From NCBI GenBank assembly GCA_014905635.1, contig JABVCE010000016.1:248001-312000 (forward strand): a stretch of 64,000 nt of DNA, written 5' to 3'. Positions 46,396 to 58,092 of the stretch are shown here, piece after piece. The translations under genes were made by a program, and so were the position numbers. The notes beneath the pieces were generated by a model, which saw nothing but the letters and a program-made list of their open reading frames with translations, ran no database searches and was not told the DNA's origin. Each line of letters opens with the position of its first letter. The first letter of the stretch is position 1. This DNA comes from Scenedesmus sp. PABB004. Taxonomy: Eukaryota.

Positions 46396-49300
46396 ATGGC
46401 CTCGCACAGCCCGCAGGTCGCCGCCGCCGCGCGGCGGCTGCTGCCGCTCGCTGCGCTGTTCGGCACCGCGCTGCTGCAGGCGCTGCTGCAGGCGCGTGCG
46501 AGGGTTTCGGATCGCGCACGCCCGATCGCCCTGCGCGCAGCCAACGCGCCGCGGCGACGGCCGCCAGCGGCCGCCCGGGCGCGGCGCCCCGGCCGCGCCA
46601 CGCCCGCACCGCGCCGCACGCGCCCGCAGGCACCGCTCGCGGCCGCGCAGCACCTTCTGCCCACGCCCCAGGTTCAGACGCGCAACCTGCCGCGCGGCGT
46701 GTGCGTGGCGCGGGGCCTCGCCCAGCTGCCCGACGTGACCGACCCGACCAGCTACTACGTCTGCTGCGCAGGCACCGCCGCCGTGCGCAAGACCTGCAGG
46801 CGCGGCGGCGAGCGCGCTGCGCGGCAGGGCGCGGCGCGGCACGGCGCGCGCGCTGACGCCCGCCCGCCCGCCCGCCCGCCCGCCCGCCCGCCCGCCCGCC
46901 CGCGCCCCCTCTCCTCAGGTACCTGCCCCTCGAGGGTGGCCTCTATCAGCCCCTGCTGCCGGCGCCGTACGATGCGACCGCCGGGCGCTGCCTCGAGTGA
47001 GGCGGCGCCGGGCAGGCGGGCGCGGCGCACGCGCCTCGCCCAGCGCGTCGCCCAGCGCGCGCGACCCGCACACCCCCCCCCTGCCGCACGCGCAGCCGGC
47101 GCGCCAACGTGAGCGCCGCGTTCCGCGCGCTGCCGCCCGCGTCGGCGGCGCCGACGCTGCGCGCGCGCGCGGCCTTCCGCGCCGCGCCGGCGCCGCGCAC
47201 GGCCGAGGCGGCGGCGACGTGCGCGGCGGCGGCCGCGGCCGACGCGGCCGCGCTGCGGCGCGGCGCGGCGGGCAGCGGCGGCGGCGGCGCCATCACCGGC
47301 GGCGCCTACCTCAACGCGTCGATGTTCAGCCTCGACGGCGCGCTGCGCCAGGCGGTCACCGCCAGCGGCAGCGTCGGCACGGCGTCGACGACCATGGGCG
47401 CGTGGACGGTCATCCGCGACAGTGCCGGTGCGCGACCGCGCCGCGCCGGCGCGCGTGTGGGCCTGGCGGCGCGGCGGGCCGGCCGGCGCCGGCCAGGCTG
47501 TGGGCTTGAAGGGCCTAAACCCTGAACCCCTATGCCCTATCTCTCAGCCCCGCCGGCGCCGACCCGCCCGCCCGCGCAGGCCGCTCGTCGACCGGCGTCG
47601 TCGCCATAAACGCCGTCCTGCTGCCCGAAACCAGCAAGGTGCTGATCTGGGCGCGCGTGCACATGGACGGCAGCCGCACCTACGAGCCCGGCGTGATCGC
47701 GGCCGACGGGTCGCCCGAGGTCTCCGCCGTTTACGAGTTACGGGCGGCGCGCCGTGCGGGGCGCGCAGCGCCGGGGCCTCCCCGCGATGCCCCCGGCGTG
47801 CCGCACGGCGTGCGCGTCGCCGGCTCACTCGCGGCGCCCGCCGCCGCCGCTGCCGCCGGCAGCCCCATCGCCGGCACATATGTGGTCAAGCGGATGCGCC
47901 TCACGCCCTTCTGCACCGGCAAGCCCCCTTAGCCAGCTGCCGGCCGCCCCTGCCGCGCGCTCGCCGCGTCCCGACCGCCGCCGCGCCGCGCGCCGCGCCG
48001 CGCCGCGCGCCGCGCAGGCAACAGCCACATGCCCGACGGCCGCGTGCTCGCCGCCGCGGCGACGACTACAACGGCGTGCCGGGATACATCAACGGCCTGC
48101 GGGGGCTGCGCCTGTTTGAGAAGCAGGCCGCCGGCGGCTGGAACAACGGCACCTGGCGCAACCTCGCCGGCACGCTGCGCGAGCCGCGGTGAGGGCACCG
48201 CGCGCGCGCGCCCGCGCCGGCAGCGCCGCCGGCCGTGGCGCGGGCGCCGAGTGGCACGCCGGCGGCTGCCGTGCAGGTGGTATCCCACGCAGACGCTACT
48301 GCCAGATGGAGAACGGGTCATCATCACAGGGGGCACGCGGGCCATGACCGATGCGACACCGGGTGCGCTCGCGGGGAGCGGGGGCGCTCGGGCGTCAGGC
48401 TCTCCTGGGCCCCGCCCCTGGCGGGCTCGGTGCGCGGCCGCCGCGCGTCCGCCCAGGGCCGCGGCGCCCCCCCCCCCCCCCCCCCCCCGCCCGCCGCCGC
48501 GCTGCAGTGCCGAGCGCGGAGATCTACCGCCACAGCACGCGCAGCATCGTGCAGATCAACACCCTCCCCGTGCTGCAGCGCTTTTCAGGCTTCATACGTG
48601 AGCTCCGCCTCGCGCACTGCGCGCCGCGCCCGGCGCGCGCGCGCGCGCGCGGCGCGCCTGCGCCTGCGCCCGCCGCCCCCGGCCGTGCGACGCCGGACCG
48701 CCGCCGCCGCCGCCACGCCGCCGCCGCCGCTGCTGCCACACAGTCTACCCGCTGAGTGCGCCGCCGGCCGCCGCTGGCGTGGCTGCGCCGCGCTGCGCCG
48801 CGCCGCGCTGCGCTGCCTCGGCCTCCCTGCCCTCCGCCGTCTGCCATCGCCGCCGCTCCCTGCCGCCCACTGCTTGCCCCTGCGCCAGTGTATGTGCTGC
48901 CCTATACCAGCTCCACCGCGCCCGGCATCACCCACCTCTTCACCTTTAACTGCGACGGCGGCGCGGTGCTGCGGCTCAGCCCCTCCAACGTGTGGGAGGA
49001 GTACCGCACAATCCCCAGCTCAATCTGGGTGCGCCGTGGGCGCCCACGACGGCTCCCAGCCGGGCCGGCCGCGACGGGCGCTTGCTGTGCGGCGTGCAGC
49101 GCACAGCGCGTGACATGCGCGCCACCGCCGCCGCCGCCGCCCGCCCGCCCCCGCGCCAGCCGACGCCCTACTACTGCGGCAGCATGAGCATGGCCGGCAC
49201 GTCGACGCTGCTGGTGCTCGAGCCGGAGACCGGCTACGTGGCCGAGGTAGCAGCCGCGGGGCGGGCGCCGCCACGGCCCATCGCGCCGCGCGGGGCTGGC

Positions 49301-50934
49301 TGCAGCGCTGAGCGTTGACCGGCGCCGGCCGCCGCCCGCCCGCCCCGGCCCCCGCCACCGCGCCTGCAGGTTGCAATGTGCGAGAGCTTGCGCGCGCGCT
49401 CTGCCGCGCGCCGGGCCTGCCGCGCCGCCGCCGACGACGCGCGCGCCACTGCCGGTGATCACTGCGGCCGCCGCGCCACCCGCGCCACGCCCTCGAAGGT
49501 TTGGCGGCTACAAACGCGGCCGACCGCAGTGTGATTGCGACCAGCCGTCCATGGAATACGCCCACCGCCTGCGCCTCGACAAGGCGACGGTCGACGGCAA
49601 CAGGCGCGCCGCGCTGGGCGCGAGAGAGCGGGAAGACGGCGGGGCAGCGCGCGGGGCCAAACCGCGGCCGGGAGCTCCCCCGGATGCCGGCAGGGGGCTG
49701 TGCGCCGCCGCCGGGGAACCAGCCAGCCGCGCTGCGCGCTGCGTGCGCCGCGTGCGCGCCCGCGCCGCCGCAGGTTTTCGTGGACGCGCGAGCGCATGCC
49801 GTACGGGCGCAACATGAATGACTGCGTGCTCCTGCCCAACGGCCAGGTGCTGCTGGTCAACGGCGCCCGCTCGGGGCTCGTCAGCAACCTGCGTGGCGCG
49901 GCGCGCGACGCCTGGCTGTACGACCCCAAGGCCGCCGCGGGTGGGTGGGCCGGTGGGCTGGCGCGCGCGCGGGCAGGGAGGCGCCGCGCAGCGCCCTGGA
50001 GTCGTTGCGCGGGGCTCCGCCGGGGGCTCCTCCGCGCCTTGACAGGCCCCGCGCCGCGCCGTGCGGCGCGCCCGCAGGCAGCCGCTTCCGCACGCTCGCG
50101 GCGAGCGGCGTGAACCGCCTCTACCACAGCACCGCGCTGCTGCTGCCCGACGCGAGCGTCCTCGTCGCGGGCTCCGAGTACGGTGCGCCCCGCGCCCCGC
50201 GCCTTGCGGTGCTGCGCCGCGCGCCGCGCGCGGCGCGCGCCCAGCGCGCCGCGCGCGCCGCCGCAGGCGAGTGCACGGCCGCCTGCGCGCGGCCGACGCC
50301 GTGGCAGTTCCAGCACACCGCCGAGCGCTTCCTGCCGCCATACTTCTTCATGGCCGGCCGCCCCGGCATCGCCAGCGTGTCGGCCAAGGCGCGGCGCCGC
50401 GCGCGCGCACACGGCGCTGCAATGGCGGGCCCGCGCCGGCCGCTGGCGCAGCCGTGCAGGCTGCAGCTGCGCAGCTGCGCATGCGCGCCGGCTGACGGTC
50501 AGTCAACCGCGCCGCCGCCGCCCGCCGCCGCCGCCGCCGCCGCCGTCGGGGCACAAAGGAGCTGCGCTACGGCGGGACCGTGACGCTGACCTATTCCGGC
50601 GCGGTCAACGGCGCCGTGCTCATGGCGCCCGCGGCGGTGACGCACCAGGTGGGTCCGCGCGCGCCCGGCTGCGCTGTGGGGAGCGCAGCGCCGCCCGCCC
50701 ACACCGCGCGTGCGCTCGCCCGGCGCGCGCGTGTCGCGCCGCGCCGCTTGCGCGCAGGTCAACATGGGTCAGCGCGGCGTGAAGCTGGCGGTCGCGGCCA
50801 ACGACGCCGCCGCGCGGCGCATCACGCTGCGCCTGCCGCCAAACGCCTACGTCATGCAGCCAGGGTGGGCGATGCTCTTCCTGCTCAACGGCCAGCTGCC
50901 CTGCTCCAAGGCGGCCTGGGTGCGGCTGAGCTGA
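46396..50934 (+). CDS. Secreted glyoxal/galactose oxidase-like copper radical oxidase (CAZy AA5) with an N-terminal Cys-rich module, about 16 exons
   Basis: PFCTG (Cys), RWYPT (Tyr), RLYHS (Tyr/His) and THQVNMGQR (His), with kelch-like LLPDG/LLPNG repeats and a signal peptide. Apparent -1 frameshift at about 48056. Confidence 0.92.
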
Positions 50935-50985
50935 GGCTGAACTGAGGCTGAGCTGAGGCTGAGGCTGAGCTCAGGCTGAGCTGAG
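50925..50985. repeat. (GGCTGA/GCTGA)n tandem repeat overlapping and reiterating the oxidase stop codon
   Basis: Read directly. Confidence 0.8.
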
Positions 50986-51268
50986 GGCTGGGCCATGCAG
51001 CCGGGTGTGCGGCGGCACTCGCGATCACCGACCGAGGCACGCGCAGCACTGACGAGAGGCGCGCCTGACCGCGCGCGAGCGTGCGACGGGGGGGGGGGGG
51101 CGATAAAGGGGCCAAGCCGGCGGAGGACTGTTGTGTGTGGGGCGCGATCGGGCGGCTGGCGGGCTGGGGCACGCGGCACGCAGCACGTGCCGCGGGGCAA
51201 CGCGGTTGCATCGCCGCCGGTTGCCCGCCCGCCTGCCCGCGCACGCGCCGGGCGCGCTCACGCTCACC

Positions 51269-54200
51269 TCACACGGTGAGGTAGGTCACCAGCACGCGCC
51301 GCGCGAGCTCGGTCGCGCCGCTGCCGCGGTAGATGAGCGCCAGGTTGTGCGCCGCCTCGCGCACGAGCCCCCGCGCCAGCGCCCGCAGCTGCGCCGCCGG
51401 CTGCGCCGCCGGCTGCGCCGCCGGCGGCTCGCCCGCCGGCGCGTCCAGCTCCATGTCCTGCTGCTGCTGCTGCTGCTCCTGCTGCTGCTTCTGCTGCTGC
51501 TCCTGCTCGCCACGCTGCGGCTGCTGCTCGCCGTCCGCGAGCCCGAGGCCGCGCAGCGCATCCGCGGCGCCGTCCGCGGCGGCGCCGCGCGCGGCGGCGG
51601 CGTCGGCCAGCGCCAGCACGCGCTCGTAGTGCGCCACGGCGACGTGCAGCAGGCCCACCGCGTGCGCGGCGCGGCCGAGGTTGTACGCCGTCTCGGCCTC
51701 TGCGCGGCGCGGGCGCGGGCGGCGCGGGCGTGGGCGCGACGCGGCGGCTGCTGACGCCCCGGCGGACCACACACGGCGCGCGCGCACACGCGCGCACACA
51801 CGCGCACCTGCGCCGGGGCCACGGTGCCGCGCATAGCTGTGCAGCGCCGCGAAGCCCCGCAGCAGCGCCGTGTTGCGGTCGCGGGCGCCCCGCCCGAGCG
51901 CCACGTCAATCTGCGCCGCGCCGAGGCACAGCAGCAGCAGCGGCTCGTCCGGCAGGCGCCTGCGGCGGCCGCGCGCGCGTCGCGGCGACCGTGGGCGGCG
52001 GGGGCGGCGGCGGCGGCCCGCGCCGGCGCCAGCACACAGCGGTGGCGCCCCGCCGGCCGCGGCGCGCGCCCGTCGCCGGCCTCCTCACATGAGCGCAGCA
52101 GCATAGCCCTGAATTCCTGCCGCGTGCTCGCCAGACGCGACGTCCGCGTGCGCCGCGAGCACCTGCCCGGCGGCGGCACGCGCGCGCGTCAGCACGCCCG
52201 CGCGGCCGGCGCCGCGAGCGCCGACACGCGCGCATGGCGCGACCGCCGCCGCCGCGGCCGCGCGGGCACCTGCAGCGGCAGCGAATCTGGGTGCTTGGCG
52301 CGCAGCGAGGCGACGCTCTTCATCCAGTGCTGCGTGCGGCCGAGGCGGCCAGTTATGTTCAGGTAGAGCGACCAGGCCCGCCAGCTGCTCGGCCACCTGG
52401 CGGCGGGAATCGACGCGGCGCGTGTGTGGGGGGGGGGGGGGGGGGGCCGTGGGGCACGGTGGGCGGCGGGCGGGCGCGTGGGCGGCGGCGCGCAGGGCCG
52501 GCGCCGCGCGCGCGCTGAGCGCACGGCACCCGCGGCGGCAGAGCCCCCCTGCACGGCGGCGCGCGCGCACCTCGGCAGCACCGACTTTAGCAGGCGCATC
52601 GCCTCCTCCGCCCGGCCCTGCCTGTGCGCCGCGGGGCGCAGAGGGCGCGGCGCCGGCGGTGAGCGGCGGCGGTGAGCGGCCCGAGTGCGCCGCGCCCGCC
52701 ACGAGAGGCAGCGGCCGGGCCTGAGTGGCACGCGCGCGGGATCGCGCCCACCTGAACGCCACCTCGGCGGCCAGCAGGCGCAGGCCCTCGCGCAGCAGCT
52801 TCGCCTCCTCGCGCTGTGCCGCGGCGCCGGGCGGGCCGCCGCCGCCGCCGCCGCCGCCGCCACCGCCCCAGTCGGACGCGTTGCCGTCGCCGGGGCCGGG
52901 CGTGCCGGCGCGCTGGCCCTTTTTCTTCTTGCCTGTGCGGACGTAGACGAGCGCAGGCGCGTCTGGCAGCGGCACGCCGCACGCCACTCGGCCGGCACCA
53001 CGCGCTGCCGCTGCGCGCCGGCGGCGGCACGAGGCCCCCCTGGCTGCGCCCCCGGCACCACGCGCCCACCTGCCGCGGAGGGCCCCCACCACGAGGGGTC
53101 GCGGCCCGCGAGCCCCGCCGCCGCAACGGCCTGCGCGCGCGCGAGCAACGCGGTGGCCTGCTCCGCCTGGCCCAGGTCCATGAGCACGTGCACGAGCTCC
53201 ACAAAGCAGCCTGCCGGGGCACGACGCGGCGCAGCATGGGTCAGACCAGTCGGCGCGGGTCGGCACGGCGCGCGCACCGCGTGCGCTGTGGCTGCCGCGG
53301 GGGCTCGCGCGCGGCCCGCCGGCCTGCTGCTGCGGCTCACTGTACAGCTGCGGGTCGCGCGTGAGATCGGGCAGGTCCTCCTGGTCCGCCGCCGCAGCTG
53401 CTGCGAGCGCGGCGAGCTCCGCCGGCAGGTCGCCGCCGCCGCCGCTCCCGGGCGCGGCGCCGCTGCCGTCGTCCGACTCCTCCGCCCCCGTGTCGGCGCC
53501 GCGCACGCCTGCGCCGGCGGCGGCGCGCGCGCGTCGGCGAGCGGGCCGCGCCCATGCCCCGCGGCGCGCGCGGCCGCGCGAGGCCGGCCCCGCCGCGCGC
53601 CCGCCGCGCACCCGCGGCGCGCGCGCGGCGCAGCAGCGCCTCGGCCGCGGCGTCCGCGGCGACGATGTGCGGCCGGCGGCGGTCGCGGGAGGCGTAGCCG
53701 GCGAAAACGCTGCCCGCCTCGGCGTCGCCGTCTGGAAGTGCATGCGGCGAGGGAGGCGCGGCGGCGGCGTGGGCGCGGGTCGCGGGGGAGGAGAGCCAAG
53801 GAGTGCGGCGCGGACCGCGCACCTGGGTCCCCGCCCTTGCGGCCGCCGGCTCGCGCAAACATCTTGCACCGCTTGAGCGCACGCACGAGCTCTCGCGGCA
53901 CCGCGCCGCTGGCGGCGGCCTGCGCCGCGGCGGGCGGCCGCCGCGGCGGCGGAGGCGTCTGCGGCGGCCGCGCGCCGCGCCGCGCGGCGCCCGGCCACGG
54001 CCCGCCCCGGCGGCGCGCGAGCACACCTTGTTGGCGGCGGCCACGAGCGCGGCGTTGGCCTCGGCCTGCTCCAGCAGCTCCGCAAACTGTGGCGCGAGGC
54101 TGGCCGCAAACGCCTCGCGCTGCCCCAGCGCGAGCTGCAGGGAGGCCTTGGTGACGAGGTGCGCGAGCTGCGGGGGCGCGCGCGGTGTGTGGCGCGGAGC

Positions 54201-57200
54201 GGCGCGTGGGGCGGTGCCCGGCGCGGGCGGCGCGCGCTGCGGCGAACTGGCCGACCGCGCGAGCAGCGCCGCGCCGCGCCTGCTGCTTGCGGCCCTCGGG
54301 CAGCGCCAGCGCGTGCGCCGCGAGCGCCTCGTCCAGGTGCTCCAGCAGCACGCGCGCGGCCGGCGCGTCGCCGCCGTCGGCGTGCAGCTGCGCGAGCGCA
54401 AGCGCGCACGCGATGTAGCTGGCGGGCGCAGCGGTCGCGGACGCGCGCCCCGGCGGCGGCGGCGGCGGCGGCGGCGGCGTGAGAGGCGCGGCGCAGCGGG
54501 ACGGGCAGTCGCGGCGGGGCCGGGCGGCGCTCGCGTCGCGGCGCGGCTCACCGCTCGTCCTGCAGCGGCAGCGCCTCCAGGCGGCCCTCGTACATTTCGA
54601 CCGCCGCGTCGCGCCGCCCCGCCGCCACGGCGACACCGGCGACGAGCGCCCACTGCTCCGGCGCCTCGAGCGTGCCGGCGGGCGCGCCTGCGCGCGGGGC
54701 GGGGCGCGGCGGTGGCGGACCGGCGTGTGGGCGGCGGGGCGCGCACCGCGGCGGCGGCGCCTGCCGGCCGGCGGCAGCGGCGGCGGCGGCGCACCCATGA
54801 GGCGCTGCGCAAAGGGCAGGGCCAGCGCGTGCTGGCCCACGCGCGCGGCCTCGGACACCACCAGCAGGTACAGGTCCTGTTGGCGCGGCGGCACGGGGCG
54901 TGGGCGGAGGCGCAAGTTCAGGGCTCAGGGTTCAGGAGGCCCGGAGGGGGCAGCACGCCCAGTGCGCGCGGGCGGCGCGCGCGCGCCGTGTAGCTCTCGC
55001 CGTCGTCGTCCACGACCGGCAGCGCCAGCAGCTCCGCCAGGTCGGCGCGCGCGGCGGCCGCGTTGCCGAGGTGCGCGTGGCACGCGCCTGCGCGCGCGCG
55101 GGCGGGCGCGCGTCGTGGAGCGGCGGCGCGGCGCGGCGGCGCGGCGCGGCGGCGCGGCGCGGCGGCGTCCCTGCGGCGGCGCAGGCGCTCACCGCGGCGC
55201 ACGCGCAGGTCGATGGGCAGCGGCTCGTCGCGGCAGAACACCAGCTCGCTGCGGTTGATGATCGCGACCGCGTGGTCGTACTGGCCCTGGGAGGGCAGGG
55301 TTGAGGCTTCAGGCCGCGCCGCGCTGCCGCAGGTCGCCGCCGCCGCCGCTGCCACGGTCGAGCCCTGTGAACCCGTTAACCCTGAACCCCGAGCCCTCGT
55401 CCCTCTGGACGCCACCCTTAAACCCCACGCCCCCGCGCCGCCGCCGCACGAGGGCCATGTAGAGGTCGCAGAGCATGTTGATGTGGGTGAGGTCGCAGCG
55501 GGCGTGGTGGTTTGAGAGCTGGGCCTCCAGCACGTCGACCGCGCGCGAGAGCTGCCCCGCCTCGTGCAGCAGCGCGACGAACGCCTTGACGACCTCCGGG
55601 TGCCCCGGGCTCGCGGACAGGAGGCGGCCGTACTGCTCACGCGCGCGCCAGGGCTCGCCGACGGCGGCAAAGAGCTGCGCGCGCGCGAAGCGCGCGTCAA
55701 AGTCGTCGCGCCGCCGCGCAAGGACCTGCGACGTGGCGCAGCGCGGCGCGGCGTGAGAGGCGGGAGAGGGGCGGGCCTGCGCCCGGCCGTGCTGGGTGCG
55801 GCGCGCCGAGCACAGCGCGCGCAGCGTGCGTGGCGGCGGGCGCACCTTGCTCCAGCAGTAGATCGCCTGGCGCGTGAAGCCCTGCTCAGTCGACATGACC
55901 GCGAGCTTCACCCACAGGCCCACGTCCTGCGGCCACGCGCGTGCGCGCACGCCGCAGCGCCGGCGTCGGCCCCGCGCGGCCGCCGGCGGCGCCCGCGGCC
56001 CGCGGCCCGCGCGCGCCGCCTCGGCGCCGTGCCGTCGCGGGGCCCCGCATGCGCCGCCGCGGCCCCGCGCCGCCTCGGCGCCGTGCCGCCGTGGGGCCCG
56101 CTTGCGCCGCCGCGGCCCCGCGCCGCCGCCCGGCGCCGCACGTTCTTGGTCATGTGCGCCGCGATGATGTAAAAGTTGAGCGCGTCGCGCGGCGCGCCGA
56201 GCACCTGCGCAGGCGCGGCGCGCGGCGGCGCGGCGGCGCGGCGGCGCGGCACGCGCCGTCGGCGGCCGGCGCGCCGCGGCGGGCGGGCCGCGGCGGGCGG
56301 CGCTCGGCGCGCTGCGGGCGCCGGCGGCGGCGGCGCAGCGCCGCGGCGCGCGCCTCGTGCAGCGCGCCGAGCGTGTGGTAGGGGTCTGCGAGGTTGGGGA
56401 CCTGCCGGATGACCTCACGCAGCAGGTCGGCCGCCTCCTGGTACCTGGCGCGGCGCGGGGCAGCGCGCGGGCGCGGCGCGGCGCAGCGCGGCGTGGCCTC
56501 GGCGCCACGGGGCGCGCTGCGGCGCGCGGCGCGCGCGCTCACTTGTTGCTCGCATACAGCAGGTTGGCATGGCCCACCATGCGGCTGACGTGCTCCGGCA
56601 GCTCCATCTGCCGCGGCCCCCGCGCGCCGCCGCGGCCGCGGCCGCGGCCTCTGCGGCCCCGCCGGGGCGCGCGGGCGGTGGCGGCGCGGGGCGGCGTCGC
56701 CGCTGGCGCGCGGGCAGCACCAGCGCCGGCGCGCGGCCAGCGCAGCTGCCGCCGACGGGACGGCGCGCAGCGCCGCACCGGCCGCGGCCCCTCCTGCCAC
56801 GGCGCCGGGGCTCGGTGTCGAACCCCGCGGCGTCGGCCTCCGAGTCGCTCTCGCTCTCGTCCTCGTCCGGCTCGCTGGCGGAGCTGCCACGCAGCTGCGC
56901 CCCGCCGCGCCGGCCCTGGGCGCCGCGCGCGGCGGCGTGAGCCACCGTGCGGACGGAGGCGGAGGCGCGCCGCCGCCGCGCCCGCGCCGCGCCGCGCGCT
57001 CCACGCCCGCCGCGCACTCACCCTGCCGCGGCCGCGCCCTCGCCCCGGCCGCGCCCTCGTCCACGGCCGCGCGGCGCCGGCGCGGGCGCCGCCGCCGCCG
57101 CCGCCGGCGCCGCCGCGCGGGCGGCGCCGCCCGCGCCGGCCTGGCGCCCCGCGCGCAGCACCTGGTACGGCTGCAGCGCCGCGCCGTCGGCGCCCGCGCC

Positions 57201-57412
57201 CGGCGCGGCCATGCCGGCGAGCAGGCCGTCGAGGTCCAGGCCGTCGCCAAAGTAGCCGGCGCCGCTGCTGCCCTCGCCGTCGCCGGACGGCCCGTCGGAA
57301 GCGGCGCCGTCGCTGCCGCTGCCGAACAGCGACGCGCCGCCTTCCCCCCGTCGTTGTCGCCGTCGTCGTCGTCGTCGTCCGCCACGTAGTCGCTGTCGGA
57401 GGGGTCCGACAT
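51269..57412 (-). CDS. GTF3C3: TFIIIC TPR subunit (tau131/Tfc4/GTF3C3), more than 20 exons
   Basis: Acidic N-terminus, TPRs (EVIRQVPNLADPYHTLG, LPIDLRV) and the C-terminal ETAYNLGRA.H.VGL.H.AV.HYERVL and REAAHNLALIY..SG...LAR. Apparent -1 frameshift in a G run at about 57345. Confidence 0.9.
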
Positions 57413-58092
57413 GGCGCCGCCGCGCGGGGGGGGGGGGGGGGCGGCGCGCTCGGGCGCCGCTGCCAGCGGCCGCTGCTGCCCCCGCTGCGCGCCGCGGGCG
57501 GGCCGGCCCGCGCCGCGCCGCGCGGGTGCCCCCGGGGCGATCCGGCGCGCCGCTGGGCGGGGCCCCCGGCCGGCTGCACGGCGCGGGCGGGAGCGGCGCC
57601 GCAGCAGCAGCAGCGACGCACACGCGCCGCGTGCGGGGGCGGCGCGTTCGGGCGTCCGCGGCGGCGCTGGCCTCTGATGTGGTGGCATCTGATGTGGTGC
57701 GGCTTCCGGGCAGCTGTAGCGGCGCCGGCGCCCCTCGTCGTCAGCCGACGGCGTTAGCGGCGGCGCAGGAAAAAACGCGCTTCGCTGCCGCGCGGATGGC
57801 TCGCCGCCGTGGCCGCCGGCGCGGGCACAAGCGGAGTAGGCAGCTTCCCGTCTGGCGCAGAGGAGGGCGTGGAAACGACGGCAGGCGAGCGCCGCGGGCG
57901 CCGCGCACACAGGTGCGGCGGACGGCGCGCAGCGCGCGCGCTGCCCGCTCGCCCTGGCGGCCTCCCCGGGCGCGGCCCGACGCCGGTCCGCCCGGGCGGT
58001 GCGGCCGGCCGGCCGGCCGGGCACGCACGGCGCGAAAACGGCGCGCGAACTTTGACCTTTGACCGGCGGCCCCCGCACCCCTCGCAGGCACC

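Noticed and set aside
57673..57699. Twice-repeated TCTGATGTGGTG upstream of the TFIIIC gene, and TTTGACCTTTGACC at about 58051
   Set aside because: Too short to distinguish cis-elements from slippage duplications without comparative data.
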